This document shows, piece by piece, positions 51,675 through 64,000 of a stretch of DNA of 64,000 nucleotides (position 1 is its first letter; each line of letters opens with the position of its first letter). The stretch covers positions 2,480,001 to 2,544,000 of the forward strand of contig CM039000.1 of the NCBI GenBank assembly GCA_017499595.2. Reading direction: 5' to 3'. Source of the DNA: Psilocybe cubensis (lineage: Eukaryota). Under the pieces are notes generated by a model that ran no database searches, was not told where the DNA came from, and saw only the letters and a program-made list of their open reading frames with translations. Both the position numbers and the translations under genes were made by a program.

Positions 51675-52480
51675 ATGTCCAGACAAGCCTCAATCTCAAG
51701 AAAGACCCAGGAAACTTCAATCGAGGTCTCCATCGATCTTGACTGTGCTCCGGGCTCCAATGTGAAGCAAACCATCGATGTCTCCACTGGCATCGGTTTT
51801 TTGGATCATGTAATGTTACACATTAACTTACTATATCTGCACAATCTAACCCATCCGTTACTAGATGTACACCGCGCTCGCAAAGCACGGAGGCATGTCC
51901 TTGACCATGAAATGCAAAGGCGACCTTTGGATCGATGACCACCACACAGCAGATATGATAGTTGCTTTTTCGTGACGCTCTCCAGTCTGAGATGTTACCA
52001 TACAGGATAGCGCCATTGCCCTGGGTACGGCTTTCAAGGAGGCTTTGGGGGAAGTGCGTGGAATCAAACGCTACGGCACCGGATTCGCCCCATTGGACGA
52101 GGTCAGTTTATCTCTTACATGCTACGCCGGGATGTTCATCGCAATTAGGCTCTCTCGCGTGCAGTAATCGACATCTGTTCGCGTCCTTACTGTGTAACTG
52201 AACTCGGTCTCCGACGCGAGAAAATAGGAGATCTTTCCACGGAGATGATCCCTCACATTTTCTACTCATTTGCCATGGCCTCAGGGGTAACTCTACATGT
52301 AGATGTCCTCCGCGGCGAAAATGACCACCACCGGTACGATTCTGTGCAAAAGTATAATCCTTGATCTGATCATTCCCTTCCAGGGCTGAGTCGGCCTTCA
52401 AAGCTCTTGCACTTGCAATCAGACAAGCCATAGAAAAAACAGGTGGTAATGATGTCCCAAGCACCAAAGGCGTGTTATAA
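51675..52480 (+). CDS. HIS3: Imidazoleglycerol-phosphate dehydratase
   Basis: [27 protein letters not shown](E)[31 protein letters not shown]. Intron 2 must be AT-AC to give HHTAED. Confidence 0.96.
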
Positions 52481-52531
52481 ATAGTGACAAGAAAATCTCA
52501 TACATGATATGTACATATATTATTCGAAATA

Positions 52532-55500
52532 TCAAGACCAGAATATACAACGATCCTCGTTGGGCGGATTCAGCTGTTGAAACGTTATAATCTTACACCT
52601 CGCCAGACGGTCTTGAAAGCAACTCACTTTAGCTTTTCTAGAGCATTTAAATATCTGGGCAAATGCAGGAATATTGCTAACAGTTCCGTCTACCCGGAAC
52701 CGAGTTGGCGAATGTGGATCAGTACGAATACGTTGTACCTGGAAGAACATATGGCAACCAATGAACACGTAGTACAATATTCGCAAATAACATAGAAAGC
52801 TTACGGCTGCAGCGGTGCTACTGGCCCTCGCCCATATTCTCGCAAATGAGATGAAGAACAATTGCTCCCTGGAAGTGCATATTGGAAATGAGTTCGCTTT
52901 CGAATCTGACTAAACAACCTCATCCCCTACCTTGTGTAATTCAGGCCAGGAAGCAAGTATTCGGTGCCAGCTTTCTCAGAGGTATGAAATTGGGCTTTCC
53001 ATGCGCGATATGCTTGAATAAGGCCAGTGTCTCCGATATTCTCCCCTGACGTCCTGAAATTATAGTGGGAAATGAAGAAACGGGTTGACATGTAAGACCT
53101 GAACAAACTAACAGATTTCCCTGCAGCAAGTTCATAGTATCATTAACCGCGACAGAAACACAGATGTTGTTGCAACTTACATTGACATGAACTTTGCCGC
53201 CCTTTCCGTCATCGATAGCATATCCTGGCAAAGGCACATTACTATACTGGCAGAGTCCTCCTTTTAAGCGATACTGCCTACCAGAATATTGTTCTACAAT
53301 GCAGTCTTGCTTAACCTTGAATCCCTCAGAAGTCGCATTGGTCCACCATTGTTTTAATTTTCCTTCTTGGTTGTAGAGTCGACCAGCAGAGTCAAATGCA
53401 TGCTAAAAGCATTTATTTCAATGATGACCAACGAGAAATAATCGTAACTCACAGTCAATTCATGTGCAGCTACTTGTCCGAAAGCGCCGTAGGAAAGATA
53501 ATTGGGCCTGTTCCGAAATAGATTAGAGTGCCTAAACTAACGATTCATCAAAGAACGAACGCTTACCATTCCACGGAAAAGAAGGGTGGGCGAAGAATTC
53601 CAGCTGGAAAAACAATCTGACAAATATTATCAATGTCATGGATTGAGATTAATGGATGAACTCAAACCTCGTTTGAAGGTGGATTGAAGTACGCGTTGAC
53701 CGTTGACGGGTACATTTCCCAAGTATTCAAATCACGAGATTTTCCAAGTTGTGACCATGTTTTGAAGGTGCTACTCGCGCTACAAACAGGATAAGAGTCA
53801 GGGTCAACCGAAAAGTGTCGACAAAAGAGGCCAACCCTGCACTCAGAACATTTCCAAAGAAATCAAGTTTGTTCGCTTTAACGTCGCGGTAATAGCTAAT
53901 AATCGAGCGAGGATTGCGAGTATCGGGCGAAATGGGAAATCCAACCTTTACACGGATCGCGTCCGCCTGTCATAACGTTGCCGTTAGTATAACCTTAAAT
54001 TTAGGCGGTACCGCAAGCTAAAGATCATAGTGGTGTGTTACATACCTTCTCGGCAGCGGCTTTAGCAGATTGCGCGTCCATCCAATCAATGTCTTTCAGA
54101 GATGTCTTGAAGCTTTCAACAATGTCTGCAAGAAAGGCATTAATTTATGAAATCCTGAGAAATTTGGTATGAGTACTAACCAGTAATAACCTTTGTGCCT
54201 TTGTCTCTGGAATCCCCGCCGAAGGTTTCGTTGACGAAGAAACGACCAGAAGCAAATCCGAGGCTGTTCTCCACCTGTCCAATACATTGCTCAGACCGAT
54301 CACCCACAGCTCCTTTCTTGATGCCGGTTAATGCCTCCAAAAGTGTACGATGTGCTTGCCAAGCCTCTGTACTCCTACCGAGGTATGGAGAAAGTGAAAG
54401 CGCAACTCGTGTGATAAGATAGGCTTCAACAACATCCGCAGATGTTTCATTCAAGATGTTAGAAAGAGAAGCGGCAAAATCGGGGTAAGTAAGAATGACT
54501 GTATCAGGATATGACCTTGGAGTAAAGGCTGAGAAATATGTTGGAAAATGGATCTGAGTAATTGTGTCTGTGAGGTTAGCAAGAGGAACAGGATTGTAGG
54601 TTGCGACCGGGTCTTGCTGTATGATATCCCTAACCATCATCACATGAATATAACGTTAATATGGTAAAAAAAAGTACATACAAATCAAGACTTGCTTGCG
54701 CTATTTTACTCTCGAATTTTACAACTTTTTTAGCGAGTTTTTGGGCCTCCAACGTGCGGTTCACGGGTTTTTTGTCGGAATCGTCGTCCCCTCCCCATGG
54801 GGGCCAAGGCCATGGAGGCCAGACATTGTGTTCTTCGTTCGTAGTCAGGACAGAACTTTGTGAATGTGAGTCGGCCGATTCTTCTTCCTCCTCAGTAAGT
54901 GTAATGAGGAGTCGCTCCAGAACAATGTTGTAGACCTCGAGTATTGCTTGTTCTTCGTAATATTCCTGTTCATTTCTAAGTACTGTTCTGCATATTTAGA
55001 ACAGTACACCTACGAACCTTGGAAGGAAGTCCCAGTCCGGGTTGATTGAACCAAAGCACCATATGATTTGGATCAACCCCAACGTCGCCCTCAATATCAA
55101 ATGAAAACAACCCTTCGATGCCTGCAAAATGTCAGTCTTTGACAACAGTGGGAGCGACAAATATACCTCTTGAATGAATGAAAGCAAGAGCCGCAGTTAG
55201 GCCTTTGACGTTGATAGCACCTGCATCAGCAGCCGTAATGTCGGTGTCGTTGCCACGATATAGTTTTCTAAGAGTATCAACTAAGTGGCGCAAAGGTGCA
55301 GTACCAATTTCATCCAATTTATCTTCATCCATGCAGGACGAATAAAAATCGCGCAACTTGGTGAGAATTTGGTCATCCAGTGGCGAAACAGACGTGGAAG
55401 ACTCCAAGATTGTCCGGATTATTTGTTTGTTCTCTTGGGCAAGGGCTTCAAATTTCCCAAAGCTGGGTTTGTCAGGGGGTAAAGGGTGAGACTTTAGCCA

Positions 55501-56178
55501 TCCACCATCTAGAACCCAAGGTCAATTGTGGTGATAACCAGCGAGCAAAGTGGCATTGATATTTACTGGCAAAGTCGTAAAAATTCTCGCACGGATCTTG
55601 GGACGTATCAATGGAAGATAAAATCGAGGCAGATAGAATGATACAGTGAGGTTCAAGACATCGTTTCTACAAACACAGTCAATGAGGTTTAACGCCATGA
55701 GTGAAGGAGACTACTTCAGACGGTTCCTTAGTCGGCTCCGGTGGTACAGGTTCGGTTGTGGTGCTGATGGATGTCGATGTGGATACAGAAGTTGACGTCA
55801 AAGTCACTGTAACTGTCTTGTGCTCGCCTCCGCCATGGTCCAGCCCCAGCTTATGTTGTGCTCCAGCAAACAAGCCTATAAAGATCTAGGATAAGAGGGC
55901 GCGTGAGTAAAATACACAACATGCATATTGTTAACGCACAGAGCTTGTGAGCAACAAAACAAGTCCGAGTACGAGAAGGATCTTCGTCAGGGGTGTAAGT
56001 GGCTCTTGAGCAATGGCATGTATGCGATCGCCAAAGTTGGATTCGTTGGTTGTATTTTGTTCTGGTCGATCGTCTCCGAAGTCTCTTAACAACGGAGTCT
56101 GCTCTGTGAAATATGTGAGAAGGTTCAAAATGGATCAGCAAGTTGACGCCCACCTTCATCTACAGATGGCCTCGCCAT
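52532..56178 (-). CDS. M13 family zinc metallopeptidase (endothelin-converting enzyme/neprilysin-like), type II membrane protein
   Basis: DPCENFYDFANGGW, VNAYFNP, VFPAGIL.PPFF, HELTHAFD (HExxH), GENIGD, DPHSPTRFRV; N-terminal TM helix. Confidence 0.94.
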
Positions 56179-56566
56179 CTTGTCTATTTCGACAACTCGT
56201 GAGTTGCGAAGAATTCAAAGCCGAGTCTATATTGGCTTCTGTTCGTCGCCTCGAGCTAACGGTGCGGATTATGCGTGGAGGAAATTAAAGAGCGGAACCT
56301 GCGAGCGACTTGATTTAGACTGACGAAATCGTGACCTCCATCAACATTCAAATGATAACAACGTGATGGCAATACTATTTTTAAATTTTAGTCGTAAATT
56401 AAATCAGATGTTTTGGCACGCATCCCAATTACTTAGAATATTTCAATAGCTTTGCACAAATTGTTCCAAAATCAACTGTCAGCCAACACATTCATTGAAT
56501 CTATTATATTAGTTCGTGTAAGCAGCAGACAAGCAGATTATTAGATACGGTGAACGGAATGACACA

Positions 56567-58505
56567 TTAGACGTCATATAATTTGGAACTCTCCAAAACC
56601 ACCGTTGCCGAGAACCGGGAGCTAGTTAGCCCTATCAATACCATGATGATAACCCAAAGGTAACCGCCAAAAATGTGGTATTGCACAGAAAACGCATATG
56701 TAGCACTGAATAATGTAGTCAGTCAACTATATTCACAAGGATCTGACATAACAAGGCAAACCTTGTAAAAGCTGGACTGATTGCTCGAGAAAAGCAAATG
56801 CAAATTTGGACCAAACTCATGGTCGTACCGAGCGACGATGTATCGGGGGTGAATCGTTTGATAAGGAGCATGTTTACTCTGCCGAGTCAAAATGATTTAA
56901 TTAAACTTGGGGGATATCTCTGGAATGTGAAATTTATGAAGAAAAATTACTTACGAATATGCCAAAAATGCCACTCTTGTCATAGCTAGCACTACAGCAA
57001 TTGAAATCCACAGAACTGCGAGGGCGAGAGGTTTCGAGTTATCACGCCCTTCAAGGGTTCCCCATCTGGCAATAAGATTCAAGAACGGCATGGTAATGAA
57101 TGAATACGGCCAGATTTTCATACAGAAGTGGTACATGGTTGTATGGCTGACCCGATTGAGTATTGTAGGCATGAAGAAAACTTGTAGGAAGGCAGCAATC
57201 CCACCCGACAAGGACAACGCAAAGCCAATCTGCGAAGACTTTTTTGCATTGGTCAGAGTATCACCGATGAGTGCGAGAAAATTATTTACTGAGAATGAGA
57301 GACCACCAGCATTCACAGGAGTGAAACAAAATAGTACGAATAACACGTCAAAAGATGCTGACATAAAGCTCAAGGAGAGACCAGATGCGCATAATGCACG
57401 GAGGATGGGCGCTGAGAGTAATTCTTTCACCGAAGAATTTTTGCGTACCGCTGATTCCTCATCGTCCATTGTTCCGTACGACGGTGACAAAGATGAACGT
57501 TTTTCGTAATTAGGTAAAGTCTTGATAGCGAGTTGAACCATCAAAATTCAGTTTTGAAAATGTGCACGTACTTCTCTTAAAAATAGCCAGCTGAGGATGA
57601 ATCCGATGGTGGCTAAAACCGTAACGGAGATGCATGGAAGAAAATAGGGATACTTCCTAAGAAATCTGCAGTCCAAAAAATTGGTGTAACGACTCGCTGG
57701 GTTTGAAAGAAAGCCTCCGATAAGTGATCTATCAAAACAGTCAGGACGATAGTCAAGACTCAGGGTGAAAAGGATCAACATCCCCAACAATAGCACCTAA
57801 TGGCCACCAGAATCCAAAGAACGAAAAAGCAAATGCTTGATTTTTTTCGTTGGTGAGCTCACATAACATGGATGGAATAGTTGTAACGTTCCCAGCAAAC
57901 AGACCAGCTAAATTAGCACCATATTAGTATTGCAAAACAGCCAGCCGATTGAAAATTTACCTGCTGCACGAGCCAATAGAGCAGTTGGGAACGACGATGA
58001 CAACCCAAAGAGCAGTGTTGTCATTGCCAAACCACCAACGCCAACCAAAATTACAGGCCGACGCCCAATGTGATCTAATTCCAGTTAATGTAGTATAGAT
58101 TAAGTAAGACTACAAGAACTCGCCAGACAAAAAGCCCCATGGATAGATTGACAACAATTGAGTGAAACAGAAGGAACTCTCCTAATTCACCGAGCACAGG
58201 CCCCATCAGCAAACGGGATTGTCAGTGATTTTACTCGAGTAAACACTTACAAGCAATCCACTGTAGAACCCAATTCGCGCTGGATCTTCGGTAACTCGAA
58301 GATCGCTGATAAACTCGTTAACATAAGGAAAAATTTGAGTAAAACTCATAGGATCCAGAGTGCGAAGAAAGCATAAAATTCCCAACTGAACTGTGGCAAG
58401 AGTATGCGGCGTGTATGGCAGTTCACTCTTGTCCCTCGACTGCACTGGACCGAATTCTGCTTCCACCAATAGAGGCATTGCTTTGTGATTTGTGTCTCCC
58501 AACAT
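56567..58505 (-). CDS. MFS transporter (drug:H+ antiporter / ZIFL-like)
   Basis: QIFPYVNEF, IGFYSGLLES, WGFLSDHIGRRPVIL (motif A), GAIVGSLIGG, KYPYFLPC; multiple hydrophobic helices. Needs a GC-AG and a GG-AG intron. Confidence 0.85.
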
Positions 58506-58995
58506 TGTTGCGATCGTGGGTAGAGCCAACCTTGGTACTCAACTGATTGAAAGTATATGGGTTTTATAACAATGAATCTAGAGAGCAGTGATATGATTGT
58601 ACGTGTGGCAACCGCTTAGGGTTGAGACTATTACCTACAGCATTAGAAAATGCACTTGTTTATAATTGGCCGGAGTGGACGCTCGGAACAGTTTACCTAA
58701 AATAAGCCGAATTGAAGATGGCTTTGAGTCTTTAACGAGTTTTTGTGAACCCATATTGGCCATATATTCATTATATTCATGCTGAAGCCGAAGGTTGGAG
58801 TCAAATGTTGCAGTGGGGACAGAAGGGGCTTCACAATAAGATACCAGTGGATTTGGATGGTCCGAGAGATGGGTTTTTGGACTTCAAACGAGGCCATCCC
58901 TGCAAAATCGAACACTGAAATTAAATACGCCAAGGAAGGCGGCATGAACTTCTTTGGACATTATTATGTAAAATCTCACCTCGAGGTTGAGATTT

Positions 58996-60584
58996 TCATG
59001 AACCGGAAGACCTTGGAGCATGGAACCACGGACCTCGCCCTTCTTCCTGCATGTTCATGACCTTCCAGAAATCACAACCTTTTCCATCATTTTGAGCTCC
59101 CGCATAGCATGTCCACCAATAGCGCTCCTTCTCTTCATTGCTTCTGTTTCTCATATCTGGACGCAGAACGGTTGGTATGCCACATTTGCAGTGTGGGATG
59201 CTGTAGGGGCGAAAATCGGGCCGATAAAACCGAAACGTAATATTTATGCGACAATTAGATGGTTCTATGGGTGCATCACATAAGGACTGCCCAGTTGATG
59301 AATACTGTGGCCTGAACAAATCGACTGCAGATTGAGGAGGTATGGAATGCTTAAACCTTTCTTGACAAGAGGCATGCATTATTATGAGCTAAATCCAACC
59401 AATCAAGAAAAGGAATGTCTGATGAAGTGAAGTCAAACAAGTTTTCACATACTGAGTTGTGGGCCAGCGGAATGTTGAAGGTTTGTGCCTTTCTGGAATT
59501 TAATTGGTCATTTGGAATTACTTCACGCAAGCGGAAATTTCTTCTAGTTCCTGTAGGGATCCAGTCGATTGAGTAATTGACACAGGCTGGTGGAAATAAC
59601 CACTTGAGCTCACCCAGACTAAGTGAAGCTATGGTGGGGTACGGCCCAAGATATGTAACTTGGTCAGAATGGAAACCGACGCTTTCTCTACCCCCTTGAT
59701 AACAATTTGAGGCAGCAACATTTGCTCTCCAAAGGGGATCTGCCCCATCTTTCCCTGCCCACTCAAGTGTAAATCGTTTCCTATTTTTCATTTCCTCATT
59801 CACAACGTGCTCGATTATTTTACAGGCCTCCTCCATCTCCGGAGAGAATGGCTCTGGTGGCTCTGTCATCCTTCCGTTGTACCTAGTGCATATAAAAGCG
59901 GGTAAACAGGGCTTAAGTTACAAATTTCAAACACGAGGTGGCGTACCAGTACTGAGCAGCCTCCTGCCAGTTCTCGTCATCGTCTAACCCGTCCGTTTTT
60001 CGCGCAAAGAAGGACGTCAGATGCGGACTTTCGACGACGCGATCAAACAGCCACCATTTGTTTCTCTTCCAATTTTTTGATGCGTTGATCATTGTATGGA
60101 AAAGCCTACAAGCAAGTTCTGGAGGAAGAACACCAAGATGCATAGTGCAAGGGGTATACTTGGCAACCATCTGGGGATTCGAAAGTAGCATCGGTGGCAA
60201 GCGCGAAGGTTCTTTCTTGAGTGAAGGCGGTTGACGTAGAACAGACAACAAATTAACTGTTTTTTCGGAATTTGAGTTCAGGGCAGAAGAGGTTGACTGT
60301 TGGATATGATTCGAACTGGACACTGTCATGGTCGACGATGGGCCTGGTCCCTCGAGTTTTGATTTGACCTGCTTCGACCTTGAGGATGATCTCAGCCATG
60401 TGTCAAGATTAATGTGTTTACGCTTCTTCGTCTTGGTAGTTCTGGTGTCAAGTAAATATCTGACAGCGGCATCCACGTTTCCGTTAGACGTTAACAATGC
60501 GTCCATGATCGTGTCTTGGGTAAAAGACAAATCTTTCTCAGGTAATTGACTAGCGACTAGTGCAAAAAGGGTCTCCGTATCCAT
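58996..60584 (-). CDS. AlkB-family 2OG-Fe(II) dioxygenase with N-terminal CUE/UBA-like domain and C-terminal GRF-type zinc finger
   Basis: ALLTSNGNVDAAVRYLL (CUE-like); VGFHSDQ..LGPYPTIASLSLG, QERFKHSIP, RINITFRFY; HCKCG...YWWTC....GKGCDFWK. Confidence 0.88.
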
Positions 60585-60800
60585 GATATGTCGTAGTGGT
60601 GTTGGCAGGGTCAAGAGGACAACTGCAAGAGCCACACAGTACTTTTCAACTGTCTCGAGTAAAGATTGTGAGGTGAACGTGATTAACACAACCCTTTCCG
60701 GCCCGCTCGGCCGTGAGTTGCTCAGCGCTGTTCAACCTCCACACACTTTCTTTCAATTCTCAACACAACTGATCACTACTACTGTTTGAAATTTCAGCGA

Positions 60801-63042
60801 ATGGGAGCTAGGGGAACATCTGATTCTTTAGGACCCGCTATGGTATCTAAATCGAACTCTAATCGATCTTCAAAGAAGTTTATACCCGCAGTTTTGGCTC
60901 TTATCGTCGTATCTAGTTGGTTCTTGTCACCGAACACACCTCATACACCCGACATTCCTGGCTCTTTACTCTCGGGTGTCGATTTTTTGGATTATAGTCA
61001 CCTGTCCTCTCATTGCGAAACCATCTCTGCCATAGGCATTTCTGAGTATACTGCGCGTCAAATTGCACTTGCCGAAACACTGTATGCTTTGAATGCATCG
61101 GCCTATATCGCGGAGCCTGGTGCCAATACACACTTCTATGGCAACTTCTCAAACTCCCAATGGTATCTTTCAGAAAGACCCCTCCTTTTGATTATTTCTC
61201 CTGAGATTTCTGAATCCATGGATGGTCAGAAAATCCTACCACGAGTGACGGTCCTGACACCCAAGGTGTGGGTCTGATAAATCTGTAGGCCTAAAATAAC
61301 GATATGCTAATGTGACGTATTATAGTTCGAATCTGCTCGAGCTAGGATGCTGCCTGTCCCCAGTCCCAACGGCACAGTGCACTATGTTGAATGGGCTGAG
61401 GAAGAAAACCCTTATGCCGTTGTTTTGTCTGCGCTCCCTATGTCTACAGCAGGGTCTTCGAAGTCACGGACGATCTTTGTCGACAATAGTATCCGGAAAT
61501 TTATAGTGGACGGTCTTCTCCGTGCTTCAGAACCACAAAGAAACTCCACGGTTCCAGCGGTGGAAGTTCTATCAGCACCACTCGACATAACTCAAATGCG
61601 AGAACGCAAGTCTGAAGCTGAGCTCCAGATTCTCAAGTGTGCAAACGAGGCAAGTTCAATCCAAACATATTGGTGTTTCATCTCCAGGGATTCAGTCACT
61701 TTTCACTTCATCCTTAAATACCGCACACGCAGTCGCAGTGGTGTTCCATGTTCCTTGTGGTTTTTTCTCTCCATCAAGGATATATCCGCCTTGCTCTCCG
61801 GATTCTACCCTTATCTGTCTTTTGCTATTTATCCCAATTATACAGGGGAAAGGGCCACACCTTTTCTACTTACCTTTTCGAGGTGTCGCATGTCAGACGC
61901 CGCCGTCCATCTCAGATTTTGTCTTCGACGAATTTGATGCATGGGTCCCAAGGATCAAAATAAATGATGGGATTCACGCCAGTTCATTCCGCTCGATACT
62001 GCATTACTTACTATTCTTTGTATGAATCTCTCAGGCCACGTTGCTCGCTATTCGGGAGGTACACAAAAATCTGTACCCTGGGATCCGGGAATCCCAAGCC
62101 CGGAGCATGATGGCGACTGCCCTCGGCGCCGCAGGACTGAAAGACGGCGGATGCCTCACACTATTTGGAGGTGCGTACGTTAGTTATCAATTGTTTCTCT
62201 TCGATTATAGTCGAATATCATTCCGTCATTGCTCCGTCGCTGCTCGTTTTCATGATATCATATCTTTGTCCCTCCTTTGTACGCGAACCGCCACATTGAC
62301 GACGTATGCAGAAAACGCAGCTTTACCTCATGGAAGTGGGACTGATCGAACTTTGTCCAAGTCGGATTTTGCATTATTTGACTGTACGGCCTCGTTACAT
62401 GGGTACTATAGCGATGTCACTCGGGTAAGCAGTGGATCCACCTTGACTGTGTTCCGCCGGAGTCAAAGAGGATGATCATGTTATTGAAATTACTGACCGC
62501 GCATGTTGACGATCTGTCTATCTAGACGGTGGCGCTTGCCTCGGCAGGCATTTCGTCAGAACAACTCAACATTTGGCGGATGGTGCAGTCAGCTCAAAGC
62601 ATTGCATTGGCCGTGGCTTTTGATGGAACAGTGACATCTACTGTGGACGCAGCCGCCCGAGCGATACTGGAGTTAGGAGGATACAGGCAATATTTCACTC
62701 ACAGACTGGGCCATGGTATGTATTCCACCGTCACGGTAAAGAAATTGACTAACACTTCAATTTTGGCAGGCATTGGTCTGGAGGTCCATGAACCTCCTTA
62801 TCTGAGAGGGGGCAGCAATGATATCATTCGGACAGGACACACTTTTTCGGACGAGCCTGGAATTTACATAGAAGGCAAGGTGAGGTATATATGGTGATCT
62901 GACACCGTAAACAGGCTAATGTCAAATTTCTTTGCAGGTGGGGGTGCGTCTGGAGGACTGTTTCTACATCAACGAGCATGGATTTGGGGTATACCTCACC
63001 GAAGGGGTTGGGGGACAAAGCAAAGATCCATGGAATCCATAA
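60801..63042 (+). CDS. M24 family Xaa-Pro dipeptidase/aminopeptidase with N-terminal membrane anchor
   Basis: RERKSEAEL, ENAALPHG, LFDC...GYYSDVTRT, FTHRLGHGIGLEVHE, FSDEPGIY, GVRLED. Start may be 60801 or 60840. Confidence 0.92.
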
Positions 63043-63270
63043 AGCGTATGAATTTGGAGAGATGCTACACGAGAATACAATTTTACATAAAGCCTTTGAA
63101 TCATGATTAGATAAAGAAAACAAGGTGAAGGTGGATGTTGGGCAAGGTATATAGGTATGCTGGTGATTAGAGACTCTGAGAGTGTAGAACAGGGCTCGGA
63201 GAAGATCCGTTACAATAGGTTGGTATAGATAAAAGGGAGCGAGTGTGTGTATTGTCTCGAGAATGCGAGA

Positions 63271-63887
63271 TCATAAGGTGTCGATGGAATCGGGGGCGGG
63301 AGAGGGCGGAAGAGGAACGGCAGCTGGAGTCAACGGAGGAAGAGGAGGGGGAGAACGGGCATCGCGACTCCTCTGAAAAGGGTTGCGGGTGTGCATGCGA
63401 GAGACAGGAGAAGCTACGGGGACAACGAGGTGAGCAAGGGAAAGCTGATGCGGGGAGCAGGGACGCACAGAGGAGAACAGAGGAGAACCAGCGGACGTCT
63501 GTCTCGACATGGGCGGGTTTGGAGTCGCTCTTTGGAGACTCTGGGTTGAGGGAGGAGTCGTGGGTGTCGAGCTGCTGGACCTGGCGGAAACTGATGTTGC
63601 GGTCTGGGAGAAGGGCGGGGAATGCGATCGAGCGTGGTTTGTGGATGAAGGAGGGGGTGAGTATGGAGAGGAACTCTTCAAGAGCCTCTGAGGGGAGGGC
63701 TGAACTGGAGGACGGGGGACGTCGATGAGTAGAGCGGGGAGAACGACGACGGGGACGAGACGCACCGCGAGGAGGCGCGACTGAGGGCCTCGGGGACATT
63801 GAAGGCGATCCTGTCGGCAGCGAAGAAGGAGGGAGAAAGACGGACGGGGCGGGGGGCGACGACGATCGGGATTTCGTTATTAGACAT
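63271..63887 (-). CDS. Hypothetical Ser/Pro-rich protein, 3 exons, GC-rich
   Basis: MSNNEIPIVVAPRPVRL..|SALPSEALEEFLSILTPSF..VRWFSSVLL|SSPVSRMHTRNPFQR..; two GTGCGT-donor introns link three ORF-track frames consistently. Confidence 0.65.
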
Positions 63888-64000
63888 GGGTGTGTGGAAG
63901 AGAAGAGTCTGATCGCTCGCTTGATCATGGACCAACACACCCCATTGCTCGACCAAAACCTCCCCGCCCAAGCCCCCGCCACCGCCACCGCCCCCGCCGG

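Noticed and set aside
51953-52003. Reading the HIS3 AT-AC intron as U12-type
   Set aside because: Lacks the ATATCCTT donor and TCCTTAAC branch; signals are U2-like.

Overview
Gene-dense, intron-rich window of a basidiomycete fungus (agaricomycete-like; introns mostly 50-60 nt). It carries about 23 protein-coding genes: LOG-family (partial), TrpRS, NOT4, a D-lactate dehydrogenase, EAF1, GH5 and GH55 beta-1,3-glucanases, CDC45, a scramblase, mitochondrial IF-2, a CHORD-CS co-chaperone, a carrier-like protein, ALKBH7, LST8, GLT1, MSS51, HIS3, M13 and M24 peptidases, an MFS transporter, a CUE-AlkB-GRF protein and hypotheticals. I recognised no tRNA, rRNA or CRISPR array. The most unusual signals concern splicing. 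(1) A 592-bp TA-flanked MITE sits inside a coding exon of the otherwise intact D-lactate dehydrogenase gene. Its inverted repeats carry splice sites whose use would remove 531 nt and leave an in-frame 21-aa insert, in either orientation. (2) HIS3 needs an AT-AC intron to rebuild its HHxxED metal site. (3) Two unrelated genes both need the same non-canonical TGG|GGATGTT (GG-AG) donor. (4) At least 9 GC-AG introns and 3-9 nt micro-exons occur. A three-exon, 81-aa IF1-like (ATPase inhibitor) gene without a presequence is missed by the ORF track. All gene models were built by eye, without transcript or database evidence.
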